Shown here one piece after another: positions 29,573 through 41,176 of a DNA stretch of 64,000 nt. Under the pieces are notes generated by a model. It saw nothing but the letters and a program-made list of their open reading frames with translations. It did not search any database and was not told the DNA's origin. Both the position numbers and the translations under genes were made by a program. Positions within the stretch are counted from its first letter, which is position 1, and each line of letters opens with the position of its first letter. Source of the DNA: Candidatus Latescibacterota bacterium (GTDB lineage: Bacteria > Latescibacterota > UBA2968 > UBA8231); NCBI GenBank assembly GCA_965217585.1, contig OZ244561.1, forward strand, positions 3,072,001 through 3,136,000. Reading direction: 5' to 3'.

Positions 29573-29932
29573 TCACTCTACGTACACGACCACTTCCTCC
29601 CCTTCGCGTCTTGCCGCGTACGTCTTCACCCGCATGGCCTCGTCGTACAGCGCCTGCCCGGTGGCCAAGTCGAATTCCCACTGATGCCAAGGGCACTTGA
29701 GCACCAAGTCCTCTTGCCGATAGTCGATCTGGTACACGCCCGGCGACACGACCAAGGGCCGCAACCGGCCTTGGCACAAGGGTCCGCTTTTGTGCGGACA
29801 GCTATTGCGCAGGGCGTAGTAGCGGCCCCCGATATTGAAGACGCCGATTTCTCTGTTGCCCACGCTGAGGATCTTGCGCGCTCCATCGGGCAGTTCCTCG
29901 GCCCAGGCGACCACATAGCGCTTAGAAGCCAT
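29573..29932 (-). CDS. Rieske [2Fe-2S] ferredoxin
   Basis: CPH...CPWH. Start overlaps the end of the amidohydrolase gene. Confidence 0.9.
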   Translation of the reverse strand: MASKRYVVAWAEELPDGARKILSVGNREIGVFNIGGRYYALRNSCPHKSGPLCQGRLRPLVVSPGVYQIDYRQEDLVLKCPWHQWEFDLATGQALYDEAMRVKTYAARREGEEVVVYVE

Positions 29933-31025
29933 AGAGTTCCGTCGCGTTTTGTGCCATGATGCGGTGGCGGTAGTCCGCGTCAAAATCGGCGAGGAAACCC
30001 GTTGGCTCGTCCCAGTCCCAGTGCGGGTAGTCGCTGGCGAAAACCATGACCTCATCGGCGTGCAGCCACTCCAAAAAGCGCTTCATGTCGTCGCGCGTGG
30101 GCGGCTGGATCATGGGCTGGGTGCCAAAGCGGATGTGCTGCCGCAAGTACTCGCTAGGCAGGCGCTTGACCCACGGCGTATAATCGCGCAGGCCCTTCCA
30201 ATCGGAATCCATATGCCACATCAATCCCGGAACCCAAAACACGTCGTGCTCGATGAAGAGGACGCGGAAGTCGGGGAATTTTTCAAAGACGCCCTCGCAG
30301 ATGAAGCTGACCGTATGCGCCATGGCGATCTGCGGCCGGGCCATGCGCATCTCCAGATAATGCGAGGGATACCCCGCGGCCGTGGGCGGCGCGGCAATGC
30401 CGGCTCCTTCGGCCCCAAAGTGGATGCTCAGCGGCAGGCCGTGGCGCTGGCAGGCCTCGTAGATGGGGTGGTAAAAGCGGTGGCCAAAAGGCTGGCGCGA
30501 ACCGGCTGGCATCATCACTTGGACGCACTCGGGCTTGGGGCCTAGGCGGTCTATTTCCGCTACGGCCAACTGCGGGTCCTGGGGGGCGATGTGGATGGAG
30601 GATCTAAAGCGCGAGTCCGCGCCCACCCAGTGCTCTAGGGTCCAATCGTTGAAGGCCCGGCAATAGGCCGCCGCATAATCGCAATCGGAATGCACGGCCG
30701 CGCTGTACGGCCCGCCCGTCAACACGGCCACGTCGATAGCGTATTCGTCGAGATGCCTTTGGCGCGCTACTTCGACGTTGGCCGCTGGATTGGTTTCTTG
30801 GTCCTCCCACAATTCCTGGCGGTTGCCCTTGTTGGGCATATTGGTATGGCCCAACTGCGGCATCATGGAGCCGAAGTCCTCAATGCGCTCGACATAGTGG
30901 CGCGGCAAGTAGGGAAAGAGGACTTTGTCGTTGGGCAGGGTGTGATGCACGTCGCAGTCGATGAGGCGGAATTGGGTGGCTGTGTGGCCGTTTGTGGCTG
31001 GGACGGCTTGGGCATTGGCAGTCAT
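29922..31025 (-). CDS. Amidohydrolase_2-family protein
   Basis: IDCDVHH, EGVFEKFP, FASDYPHWD. Confidence 0.88.
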   Translation of the reverse strand: MTANAQAVPATNGHTATQFRLIDCDVHHTLPNDKVLFPYLPRHYVERIEDFGSMMPQLGHTNMPNKGNRQELWEDQETNPAANVEVARQRHLDEYAIDVAVLTGGPYSAAVHSDCDYAAAYCRAFNDWTLEHWVGADSRFRSSIHIAPQDPQLAVAEIDRLGPKPECVQVMMPAGSRQPFGHRFYHPIYEACQRHGLPLSIHFGAEGAGIAAPPTAAGYPSHYLEMRMARPQIAMAHTVSFICEGVFEKFPDFRVLFIEHDVFWVPGLMWHMDSDWKGLRDYTPWVKRLPSEYLRQHIRFGTQPMIQPPTRDDMKRFLEWLHADEVMVFASDYPHWDWDEPTGFLADFDADYRHRIMAQNATELYGF

Positions 31026-31124
31026 GGAGCATCTCCAGGGATGGGCGCGGAAGGATAGTTGGATAAACAGTGTCATTAGTAGTGTGTCAAGGGGATAATT
31101 GTCGTCGGAGGATTAAAAGCGGCT

Positions 31125-32252
31125 TCATGCGGACGCGGCCTTGCTCAGGGTGAGTAGGGCGATTTCGGAAGGGGCACCGAGCCGCAGCGGCGGACCCCAG
31201 TAGCCGGTGCCTCGGTGGACGTAGATCCAAGTGTCGCGAAATTTGTGCAGGCCCGCGACATAGGGCTGTTGGAGGGAGATTACGTACTTCCACGGCACGA
31301 ACTGGCCGCCGTGGGTGTGGCCCGACAGTTGTAGGTGGCAAGCGGCTTGGCTGGCGGCCTCTATGCTGCGCGGCTGGTGCGCGAGCAGGATGCTCACATC
31401 GGCTCCGTCGCTCGCGGCAAGGGCCTTGGCCGGGTCCGATGCGTGGTCGGGGACTAGCTCGCCGGCGCTGAAGTCGGTCGTACCGGCTAGGGAGATCCGC
31501 CCGCCGCCGCAGTCGATCTGGCGTCCCTCGTTGACCAAGACGTCGAAGCCGAGGCGGCGCGCCTGTTCGGTCCAGCTCTCCACGCCCGAGTAGTATTCGT
31601 GGTTACCAGTGCAGAAATAAAGCCCGAGTGGGGCGGTGAGTTCGGCTAGGGCGGCCGTGTGAGGGGCGAGTCGGTCAACAGTCCCGTCGGCGAGGTCGCC
31701 GGTGAAAGCGATTAGGTCCGGTTGCAATTCGTTGACGCGGGCGACAACGCGCTCCACAAAAGGGGCCTTGATGGTCGGGCCGACGTGGAGATCGCTGATC
31801 TGGACGATGCGCAGCCCAACTAGCGCGGGCGGGAGATTTGAGATGGGGACATCGACTTGGCGGACCGCTGGCGTACGGCGGGCTTGGTAGTAGCCATAGA
31901 CCGCCGCGACCAGAGCTAGGGCAAAGGTCGCCAAGTCGATGCTGGCATTGAGCGCTGCGTCGATGGGATATACTAGGCCCGAAAGTAGGCCTCCTATATC
32001 GCGCAGGACCAGCAGAGTCGAGCAGACGGTGAAAAAGCCCATGCCGAGATAGGCTACCCAGGCGAGGGGATCCGTTAGCCAGGCCAGATGCGGGTGAGAC
32101 CGCAGGCGAAAGAGGAATAAGGGCGTCAATAGTAAGAACACCAGCGCCAGTGTGGCACCGATATGTACGGGAGGAGGGAGATAGGGGATGAGCCGCCAGC
32201 CCGAATAGCCGTAGATTGAGCCGAGCAGCGATAGGAAAATCAGCGCAAACAT
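31125..32252 (-). CDS. Membrane-anchored metallophosphoesterase (YkuE-like)
   Basis: DLHVG, GDLAD, GNHE, GHTHGGQ plus N-terminal TM helices. Confidence 0.9.
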   Translation of the reverse strand: MFALIFLSLLGSIYGYSGWRLIPYLPPPVHIGATLALVFLLLTPLFLFRLRSHPHLAWLTDPLAWVAYLGMGFFTVCSTLLVLRDIGGLLSGLVYPIDAALNASIDLATFALALVAAVYGYYQARRTPAVRQVDVPISNLPPALVGLRIVQISDLHVGPTIKAPFVERVVARVNELQPDLIAFTGDLADGTVDRLAPHTAALAELTAPLGLYFCTGNHEYYSGVESWTEQARRLGFDVLVNEGRQIDCGGGRISLAGTTDFSAGELVPDHASDPAKALAASDGADVSILLAHQPRSIEAASQAACHLQLSGHTHGGQFVPWKYVISLQQPYVAGLHKFRDTWIYVHRGTGYWGPPLRLGAPSEIALLTLSKAASA

Positions 32253-32426
32253 GCCTTAGTCTTTGTTTGAGAGGAAGTGCGGCTTTTATTCTAGGGGCAA
32301 TCCAAGACCCTTACAAGTCGAGGTAAAGCAGGCCGACGGGTCTTGTTTCCCGTCGGTCGAGTCGTTATAAAGGACTTGGAGGCAAGACAACAAAACCTAG
32401 CTGATTTGAACAGAAGGAGACCAACT

Positions 32427-33296
32427 GTGAAAGTAACCAGCCAACAGCTCGACTTTTTCGAGGAAGAAGGGTATGTCATCATCAAAGGAGGGCTTACCGA
32501 CGACGATCTCGCGCCGCTCATTGAGGATCACAATATCATCGTCGATGAAATCGCCCGCGATCTGCACAGCCAAGGCAAGATCGCCAACCTCTACGAAAAC
32601 GAGCCTTTTGAGCGGCGCTTGGCTTGCCTCGCAGAAGAGTGTGACGAAGTCGATGGTTGCCCCGACATCGGGGAAACTCGCCGGCGCGGCACCTTTGCGT
32701 TTTTGCGCAACCAGAACCTCGTCGATCTGATTGAGCCTTTCATCGGTCCGGAAATTACCTGTAATGCCGTGTCGCACGTCCGGCCAAAGATGCCGTCAAC
32801 AGATGTAATTTTTCATCAGGATGCCGTGTTCACCACCCAACAAGCACAAGGCATTCTGCAGGTGACCGTCTGGGTCCCCCTAGTCGAGGCGTCCGAAGAG
32901 AACGGCTGCTTGCAGGTCCAACCCCGGGTCCACCAGCAGCGCATGGTCTATTGGTCGTACGGGCGGGATCTACCCCAGACCGAGCGGATTAGTCTGCCCA
33001 TGCAAAAGGGGGACGTCTTGTTCGTACACAAGCTGACGCCCCACGGATCAGGCCCGAACAACACCAACGCCGTGCGTTGGAGCATGGATCTGCGCTATCA
33101 GAAAACGGGCGAGCCTTCTCCGCGACCGGAGTGGCCCAGTCTCGTCGCCCGCAGCCGGCGCGATCCCGCTGCGGAGACCGCCTATGACGACTGGCACGAC
33201 CAGTGGGCCGCCGCGCTCGAAAAGACGCCCCAACAGATTCACTACGAACGTCCAAACAAGCCTTTGCCCTTCACCGGAGAGATGTTTCTCAAGTAG
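32427..33296 (+). CDS. PhyH-family dioxygenase
   Basis: FHQDA...PHGS...RWSMDLRY; AAGGAG RBS before GTG 32427. Confidence 0.85.
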   Translation: MKVTSQQLDFFEEEGYVIIKGGLTDDDLAPLIEDHNIIVDEIARDLHSQGKIANLYENEPFERRLACLAEECDEVDGCPDIGETRRRGTFAFLRNQNLVDLIEPFIGPEITCNAVSHVRPKMPSTDVIFHQDAVFTTQQAQGILQVTVWVPLVEASEENGCLQVQPRVHQQRMVYWSYGRDLPQTERISLPMQKGDVLFVHKLTPHGSGPNNTNAVRWSMDLRYQKTGEPSPRPEWPSLVARSRRDPAAETAYDDWHDQWAAALEKTPQQIHYERPNKPLPFTGEMFLK

Positions 33297-33411
33297 CGCA
33301 AACCGACCTGCTGACGGGGCTTGGCTGCAAGTGCGCTGGTGGATGTGGGTGTGGACAGCGCCAGTCGGGCCGCTGCCGCAACCGACGACGGTCTAGACCG
33401 AGGAGGACTTC

Positions 33412-34449
33412 ATGTACGGAGTTGGTGTATTGGGCAATTGCTGCACCCACGGGGCCGGGATTGCCGGGCAGTTCGCCGCGCATCCTCGGACCTGGGTGGT
33501 GACGGGATACGAGCCCAGGGCGCAGCGGGCCGGGGAATTGCAGCGGGCCATGCGAGCGCCCCTCGCCGCCAGTTACGAGGCCGTGGTGGGCCATGCCCAG
33601 GTCGAGATCCTGGCCCTGGCGACCGATCCTTGCGACAAAGCCGAGATGGTCGAATTGGCCGCTCGGGCCGGCAAGGCGCTCTGGATCAACAAACCCCTGT
33701 GCCACAATCCAGCCGCCGCCCGACGCATTGAAGAACAGATCCGGGCCGCGGGGGTCCCCGCTGTCTTCGACGTCCCCATGGTCAAATTCCAACCCGCCTT
33801 TGACAAGCTGCTGCACCAGGTGCGGGCCGGACTATACGGCCAGGTGGTGAGCTACTACCACACCTTTGGCATGACCTTTGCCCCGGACTTCCCGATCCAG
33901 GACACCTGGCCCGAGCGCTTTGATCCAGCAGCCACGGGCGGCGGCGGCGAAATGACCAATATGGGCTGCTACGCCATCGACTACGCCCTGCACCTGCTGG
34001 GCGTGCCCCGCCGGGTGGAAGCGCGCTGGCAGAAGTTCTGGCGACCCTATGTCGAAGCCGATGTGGAGAACTTTGGCCAGATCTGTCTCGACTACGGCCG
34101 CTTCTGGGCCGTGTTGGCAGTGGGCAAACAGGCCGTCGAGGGCCGGCGGGGTCCGCGCAACGCCTTGACCGTTGAATTCGAAGGGGCCAATTTCTTCCTC
34201 GACCCGGGCGCCGGCCTAGTCGTCGAGACCGGTCGGGCCCGCCCGCTCGACCAGTACCTGGACGGCCATCAATGCCCCTCCTCCATCGACCAGTTGCTCG
34301 CGGCCTTGGAAGGGGGCCCTGCACCCCAGAGCGACATAGCCACGGCGGCCAGAGGCGTGGAGGTGCTGTGCGGCGCGTACCAATCCATCCTCGAAGAACG
34401 GCCCGTGGACCTGCCGCTAACCCGGGCGACAAATCCCCTGTTTGAGTAA
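33412..34449 (+). CDS. Gfo/Idh/MocA-family oxidoreductase
   Basis: N-terminal Rossmann-like GVLG, NKP (EKP-like), GGGEMTNMGCY. Confidence 0.8.
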   Translation: MYGVGVLGNCCTHGAGIAGQFAAHPRTWVVTGYEPRAQRAGELQRAMRAPLAASYEAVVGHAQVEILALATDPCDKAEMVELAARAGKALWINKPLCHNPAAARRIEEQIRAAGVPAVFDVPMVKFQPAFDKLLHQVRAGLYGQVVSYYHTFGMTFAPDFPIQDTWPERFDPAATGGGGEMTNMGCYAIDYALHLLGVPRRVEARWQKFWRPYVEADVENFGQICLDYGRFWAVLAVGKQAVEGRRGPRNALTVEFEGANFFLDPGAGLVVETGRARPLDQYLDGHQCPSSIDQLLAALEGGPAPQSDIATAARGVEVLCGAYQSILEERPVDLPLTRATNPLFE

Positions 34450-34560
34450 AGCTCCTGAGAAGCGGTCTGCTTCACCGCGCCTTTAGGCGTGACAACCCTC
34501 GGCGGCCGGCGCCCACCCTGTAGGCGGCCGACCTCGATCCTTTGAGAAAGAGGGAGGCAG

Positions 34561-35547
34561 ATGTCAATCGACGCAACCGATTCGGACGCACCGAAATTTC
34601 CCGAGAGATTCCTTCGATACGCGACCAGCGGCTTTGGAAAGGAAGGCGAGGCATGGCTTGAGGAACTGCCGTCCATTCTCAAGCGGTGCTGCGCTAAGTG
34701 GGGTCTGACACTCGGCCGGCCGACCGAGGAGATCAAGGCCAACTATATCGCCTACGTCGAGATGGGCAATGGAGCAGAGGCCGTGCTCAAGGTGGGGGTC
34801 CCACACGGTGATTTTAGCTCGGAGATGGAAGCGTTGGCGATCTATGAGGGCCGTGGGATCAACCGGCTCATCGACTGCGACAAAGCGCTTAACGCCATGC
34901 TGCTCGAACGACTGCGTCCTGGCAAGATGCTAGATTCTGTTGAGAACGCGCGCGAGCGGAGTGAGATTACAGCGCGTATTCTCCAAGATTTACACGCGAC
35001 CCCACCGCCGTCGAACCACACACTGCCGCACTTTATGGATTGGATGCGAGGTGCGTTCGCGGACGCCAGAAGCTGCAAGGATCTCGAGAGAGCACGGGGC
35101 TATATCGAGCAGATTCCGCGCGTGGAGTTTATGATGGACATCCTAATGGAAACGGATGAACTCCAAATGCTGCTACACGGCGATCTCCATCACTGGAATA
35201 TTCTGTCTGACGCAGATCGCGGCTGGATGGCGATTGATCCTAAAGGCGTCATCGGGGCCTCGTGTCTGGACGTCGGCCGGTTCATCAACAACGCGATGGG
35301 ATTCAGAGAGACCGCTGCGGAGAAGCGGGAGATTCTGCTTGAGGCGGTGACGATTTTTAGCGACGTGCTGGGGGAAAACGAGGAGCGGATGTTTGCGGGT
35401 GCCTTCTGCGACAAGATTATGGGTTCGTCGTGGGGGCTGAAACAGAAGCCCGATGAGCAAGAGGCGAGCCCGCAAGAGGCGCTTAGAATGATGGTTGAGA
35501 TGGCGAGGGACGTGGATGATCGTCGGCTGCGATGTCGAGCCGTCTAG
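34561..35547 (+). CDS. Aminoglycoside phosphotransferase family protein, APH(6)/StrB-like
   Basis: VLKVG, LLHGDLHHWNIL, AIDPKG. Confidence 0.82.
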   Translation: MSIDATDSDAPKFPERFLRYATSGFGKEGEAWLEELPSILKRCCAKWGLTLGRPTEEIKANYIAYVEMGNGAEAVLKVGVPHGDFSSEMEALAIYEGRGINRLIDCDKALNAMLLERLRPGKMLDSVENARERSEITARILQDLHATPPPSNHTLPHFMDWMRGAFADARSCKDLERARGYIEQIPRVEFMMDILMETDELQMLLHGDLHHWNILSDADRGWMAIDPKGVIGASCLDVGRFINNAMGFRETAAEKREILLEAVTIFSDVLGENEERMFAGAFCDKIMGSSWGLKQKPDEQEASPQEALRMMVEMARDVDDRRLRCRAV

Positions 35548-35548
35548 C

Positions 35549-35596
35549 GGTGCAGACACACGCCGCGTTGCACCTACTCGCGCAGGTGCAACGCGC
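35549..35596. repeat. REP-like palindromic element between convergent genes
   Basis: CGCGTTGCACCT-8 nt-AGGTGCAACGCG hairpin, plus a GTAG-GTGCA...TGCACC unit on the minus strand. Confidence 0.5.
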
Positions 35597-35662
35597 ATCG
35601 TGCATGGCTGGTCGGGTATCGAGGCGGACTTGCGCTTGCAGCCACTCATCCGCCTGTCATTG

Positions 35663-36019
35663 TTAACCCTTGAGCCGGTTGATCGTCCTTCTGATGAGGA
35701 TGGTTATGACGCCGGCGTATAGAGCGATGCTGACCTGATCGACGATGGCGTCTAAGTGCATACCAATCGCTGGAATGTGGTTCAGCACACCCTCAAGCTC
35801 GCTGCCTGCATCCATACTTGCGGCAGCGCCGACCGCAATGGTGACTGCCAAGTAGGCTGTCGCGTCCTCGGCATCAATCGCTATCGCCCCGTACACTAGG
35901 CCCAAAACGACTAGCGCGAGCATCAGGATACCCCCTATACCCCCTTCGATTGAGGCACCTGCCAAGCCCTGAATGATGGCCACAAGAGCCGTCAGACCAA
36001 CGATAATTCTGAGTGCCAT
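35663..36019 (-). CDS. Small hydrophobic membrane protein
   Basis: 118 aa, about four hydrophobic segments, AGGAGG RBS. Confidence 0.75.
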   Translation of the reverse strand: MALRIIVGLTALVAIIQGLAGASIEGGIGGILMLALVVLGLVYGAIAIDAEDATAYLAVTIAVGAAASMDAGSELEGVLNHIPAIGMHLDAIVDQVSIALYAGVITILIRRTINRLKG

Positions 36020-36370
36020 TTCTCCCTCCTAGAGTAAGTTGATAGCGACCAGCGCCCTCAACCTCCCGTGACGATCACCGAAGATATAACGCGGCCGCAG
36101 GGACCACACCGCCAGTGGAGAAAAACTGTCTCGGAAAAAATCGATTTTATATGCCGATATGCCGTTCCGCCGTTGATCGCAATCCGCAGCTCGATGCAGC
36201 TTGGTCAACTCGGTACAGGAATAGCCGAACCATTTAGCGCCGCACCCATAGTTCTGCTGGACAATGTAGAGAGATACGGTATTATCCGGCGCGCATCAAG
36301 AAAATAATGACGCGCTAAGTGTGGGAGGACGCACGTGCGGTTGCGAAAGGATGTTTATAGGACTGCTAGG

Positions 36371-37423
36371 CTAGGCGATGACGCCGCCGCCGAGGCAAAT
36401 TTCACCGTCGTAGAACACTGCGTGCTGGCCCGGGGCAATGCCGGGGTCGGGCGTGGATAAGGCGACGTGGGCGCGGTCCGGCGCGAGTAGCTTTACCTGA
36501 CAGGGGGTTAGGGCTGGCCCATGCCGCAGCTTGACTTGGAGCACGGTGTGCTCCGGTGCTCCAGCGATCCAATGGATTTGTTCGGCGATCAGTTCGCGGC
36601 GTCCGGTTCGCGTCGGCGCGCTGCCATGGGCGATGTACACGATGTTGTTGGCGACGTCTTTGTCGATCACATACCAGGGACCGCCGCCGAGTTGTAGGCC
36701 GTGCCGCTGGCCGATGGTATAGAACCAATAGCCGGGGTGCTCGCCCTTCTTTTGTCCGCTCGCCTGCTCGACGATGTCGCCGCGCACCTCGCCTAGGTGG
36801 AAGCGGACGAATGCCTGATAGTCGATCTTGCCCAAAAAGCACAGGCCTTGGCTGTCCTTGCGGTCCTTGGTCGGCAGGTCGAACTCAGCGGCGTGGGCGC
36901 GCACCTGATGCTTGTGCAAGTGGCCAATGGGGAAGCGGACTCGGGCCAGTTGTGCCTGGCTCAGGTTGGAGAGGAAATAGGTCTGGTCCTTGACCGGGTC
37001 GGGGGCGCGGCGAAGCCGAAAGTCACTGGCGACCGCCTCGACGCGGGCGTAGTGCCCGGAGGCAATTTGGTCGCACTCGTCGGCTACTTTGCGGTAAAAG
37101 GCCCCGAACTTGATGCGCTGATTGCAAAAGATGTCCGGGCTAGGCGTGCGTCCCCGGCGCAATTCGGCGAGGGTGTGCTCGACGATCTGCGCCCGGTACT
37201 CGCTTTGCAGTGGCACGATCTCAAGCGGTACCCCCAGCCGCTCGCAGGTTGCATGTGCGTAGGCCAAGTCCTCCTCCCAAGGGCAATCCCCCAAGAAGGA
37301 TAGCTCCTCTTCGAGCCATATCTTGAGATAGTAGGCTTTGAGCGCGAGACCCTTTTGGCGGCTCAAAAGCGCCAAGGCCACGGAGCTATCGACCCCACCA
37401 GAGAGCAGGACGGCGACGTTCAT
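36371..37423 (-). CDS. mnmA: tRNA 2-thiouridylase
   Basis: SGGVDS, PDIFCN, KDQTYFL, KDSQGLCF, PGQ. Confidence 0.96.
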   Translation of the reverse strand: MNVAVLLSGGVDSSVALALLSRQKGLALKAYYLKIWLEEELSFLGDCPWEEDLAYAHATCERLGVPLEIVPLQSEYRAQIVEHTLAELRRGRTPSPDIFCNQRIKFGAFYRKVADECDQIASGHYARVEAVASDFRLRRAPDPVKDQTYFLSNLSQAQLARVRFPIGHLHKHQVRAHAAEFDLPTKDRKDSQGLCFLGKIDYQAFVRFHLGEVRGDIVEQASGQKKGEHPGYWFYTIGQRHGLQLGGGPWYVIDKDVANNIVYIAHGSAPTRTGRRELIAEQIHWIAGAPEHTVLQVKLRHGPALTPCQVKLLAPDRAHVALSTPDPGIAPGQHAVFYDGEICLGGGVIA

Positions 37424-37433
37424 GGGATGCTCG

Positions 37434-38756
<1,323 letters not shown>

Positions 38757-38804
38757 TGATTTCTCCTTATGGGTGATGAACGGTTTTGTTATGTGGCAAA
38801 TTCT

Positions 38805-40382
38805 TCACGCTGGCCCGGCCCGCTTTACGGCCGCCGAAGTCCCGCCCTCGAAGGCGGCGAAGTTCGCCTTGAATAGCTCGGCGAGTTGCCCGGCCCGCTC
38901 GTCGTAGGCTGCCCCGTCGGCCCAAGTCCGCCGCGGCACCATCTGCGCGCTGGGCACGCCTGGACACGCGCATACCACGTCAAAGCCGAAGCGCGGGTCT
39001 CGCTCCACGGGCGCGTCGGCGAGGGCACCGGCGTGGATCGCGCTGATAATCGCCCGGGTGTGCTGGAGCGAGAGGCGCGTGCCCACGCCGTACGGCCCGC
39101 TCGTCCAGCCCGTGTTGACCAGCCAGACCTGCGCGTTGTGGGTGCGGATCTTGTCGGCTAGCAGGGCGGCATACTTGTTCGGATGCCAGACCATAAAGGC
39201 CGCGCCAAAGCAGGCCGAAAACGTGGCCTCTGGTTCGGTGACACCCATCTCGGTGCCGGCGACCTTGGCCGTGTACCCGCTCATAAAGTGGTACATGGCT
39301 TGGTCGGGCGTCAGGCGGCTGACCGGCGGCAGCACGCCGAAGGCATCGCAGGTGAGGAAGATGATGTCGCGAGGATGGCGACCGGTGCAGGGGACCGCCG
39401 CGTTGGGGATGTAGTCGATGGGATAGGCCGCACGGGTGTTTTCGGTGATTGCGCCGTCGGCGTAATCGACTCGGCGGCTCTCCTCGTCGCAGACGACGTT
39501 TTCCAAGACCGTGCCAAAGCGGATGGCGCGAAAAATCTCAGGCTCTTGCTCCGGAGTCAAGTCAATGCACTTGGCGTAGCAGCCGCCCTCAATGTTGAAG
39601 ATTCCCTCCGCGCTCCAGACGTGCTCGTCGTCGCCAATTAACCGCCGCTGTGGATCGGTCGAGAGCGTGGTCTTGCCCGTGCCCGACAAGCCAAAGAACA
39701 GCGCGGTATCGCCGCTGGTTCCCGCATTGGCCGAACAGTGCATGGGCAGCAGGCCGGCTCTGGGCATGAGGAAGTTCATTACCGTGAACACGCCCTTTTT
39801 CATTTCGCCCGCGTACTCGGTTCCCAAAATCACCATTTCCCGGCGCTCGAAGCTCAGGTCGATGCTGGTCGTGGAGGTCATCTCCGTAGTGTAGCGGTTG
39901 GCCGGAAAGCGGCCGGCGTTGTAGATGGTAAAATCCGGCGTCTCGAATTGGGCTAGCTCGGCCTCGGACGGGCGGATGAGCATGTTGTGCATGAAGAGTG
40001 CGTGGTAGGCGCGGGAGCAAATCACGCGGATTTTGAGCCGATATTGGGGATCCCAGCCGGCGAATCCATCTACTATGTACAATCGCTCGCAGGTGTTGAG
40101 ATAGTCGATGGCGCGCTCTAGGTTGATCATAAAGGTGTGCTCTTGGAGCTTGATGTTGACCGCGCCCCACCAGATGTCGGCGCTGCTCTGTGGGTCGAAG
40201 ACGATGCGCTTGTCGCTGGGGCTGCGCCCGGTCTTGTTGCCCGAGGAAACCACGAGCGCGCCTTGGTCGGAAATGGTGGATCCGCGCTCGTGGCGCAGCG
40301 CTTCTTCGTAGAGCCTGGCCGGCGTCATGTTGCGGAGAATCTCGTCGACTGAGATCTCGTCGAGTTGGATGATTTCGCTCAT
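38805..40382 (-). CDS. pckA: Phosphoenolpyruvate carboxykinase (ATP)
   Basis: [35 protein letters not shown]. Confidence 0.97.
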   Translation of the reverse strand: MSEIIQLDEISVDEILRNMTPARLYEEALRHERGSTISDQGALVVSSGNKTGRSPSDKRIVFDPQSSADIWWGAVNIKLQEHTFMINLERAIDYLNTCERLYIVDGFAGWDPQYRLKIRVICSRAYHALFMHNMLIRPSEAELAQFETPDFTIYNAGRFPANRYTTEMTSTTSIDLSFERREMVILGTEYAGEMKKGVFTVMNFLMPRAGLLPMHCSANAGTSGDTALFFGLSGTGKTTLSTDPQRRLIGDDEHVWSAEGIFNIEGGCYAKCIDLTPEQEPEIFRAIRFGTVLENVVCDEESRRVDYADGAITENTRAAYPIDYIPNAAVPCTGRHPRDIIFLTCDAFGVLPPVSRLTPDQAMYHFMSGYTAKVAGTEMGVTEPEATFSACFGAAFMVWHPNKYAALLADKIRTHNAQVWLVNTGWTSGPYGVGTRLSLQHTRAIISAIHAGALADAPVERDPRFGFDVVCACPGVPSAQMVPRRTWADGAAYDERAGQLAELFKANFAAFEGGTSAAVKRAGPA

Positions 40383-40609
40383 GATTTTAGTTCCGCTGTC
40401 GATAAGCCATGTTATACACTTTAGATACGGCCTCCACCGGTCGCGGTTGATGCGCCGACTGCTCCCAAGGGGGGTAATTTAGATATTAGGCAATTAAGAT
40501 ACACACCTGCGAATGGGCAAGCGCGTCCCATCAGGTTGACGGTCTAGCCTCCAAACCCTACCTTGCCCCACCTCCAAAATCTTGCCCACCATGTCATATC
40601 CAACCTATC

Positions 40610-41176
40610 ATGCAATCCCTCGCCACTCCCTCCGTCCTGTACCGGGATAGCTTCCTAGATGGCGCGGCCGAGTTCTTGGTCGAAGGTCGTTTCGACTCGA
40701 CGTACGCCCTGTCCCTCGGCTACGACAGCGACTCCCTCGTCGACCAATTCCCGCAATTCGTGCGCGACCTCAAGGCCCTCGCCGATGCGACGGGTTCGCG
40801 GGCGCGATACCCAGACCGAGTGCTCTGGCTCGTACACGACGGCGAGTATATTGGCCAAACCTCCATAAGACCCGACCTCTGCACCCCGTATTTGCTCACC
40901 TACGGAGGGCACATTGGCTACAGCATCCGACCCTCTCGGCGATGCCGCGGCTACGGCAAGGCCATCCTCGCCCTGACGCTGGTGGTATCGCAGGAGATAG
41001 GGCTGCGCCGCGTGCTGGTCACCTGTGACTCGGACAACATTGGCTCGCGCAAGATCATCGAGCACAACGGCGGCCAATTCGAGAGCGCGATGGCCATGCC
41101 CAGCCAAGCATTTCGCGCCGAGGGCCGCACACCCGTGCAGCGCATTGAGAAGTTGCGCTACTGGATTGACCTATGA
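40610..41176 (+). CDS. GNAT-family acetyltransferase (COG3981-like)
   Basis: GGHIGYSIRPSRR..GYG, VTCDSDNIGSRKIIE.NGG. Confidence 0.88.
   Translation: MQSLATPSVLYRDSFLDGAAEFLVEGRFDSTYALSLGYDSDSLVDQFPQFVRDLKALADATGSRARYPDRVLWLVHDGEYIGQTSIRPDLCTPYLLTYGGHIGYSIRPSRRCRGYGKAILALTLVVSQEIGLRRVLVTCDSDNIGSRKIIEHNGGQFESAMAMPSQAFRAEGRTPVQRIEKLRYWIDL

Noticed and set aside
36068-36307. 79-aa ORF in the gap before mnmA's 3' end
   Set aside because: No RBS, no motif and atypical composition; probably intergenic or remnant DNA.
38757-38804. SAH riboswitch upstream of ahcY
   Set aside because: The gap is only 48 bp and has no GAGGAGCG...CAGGCTC core.
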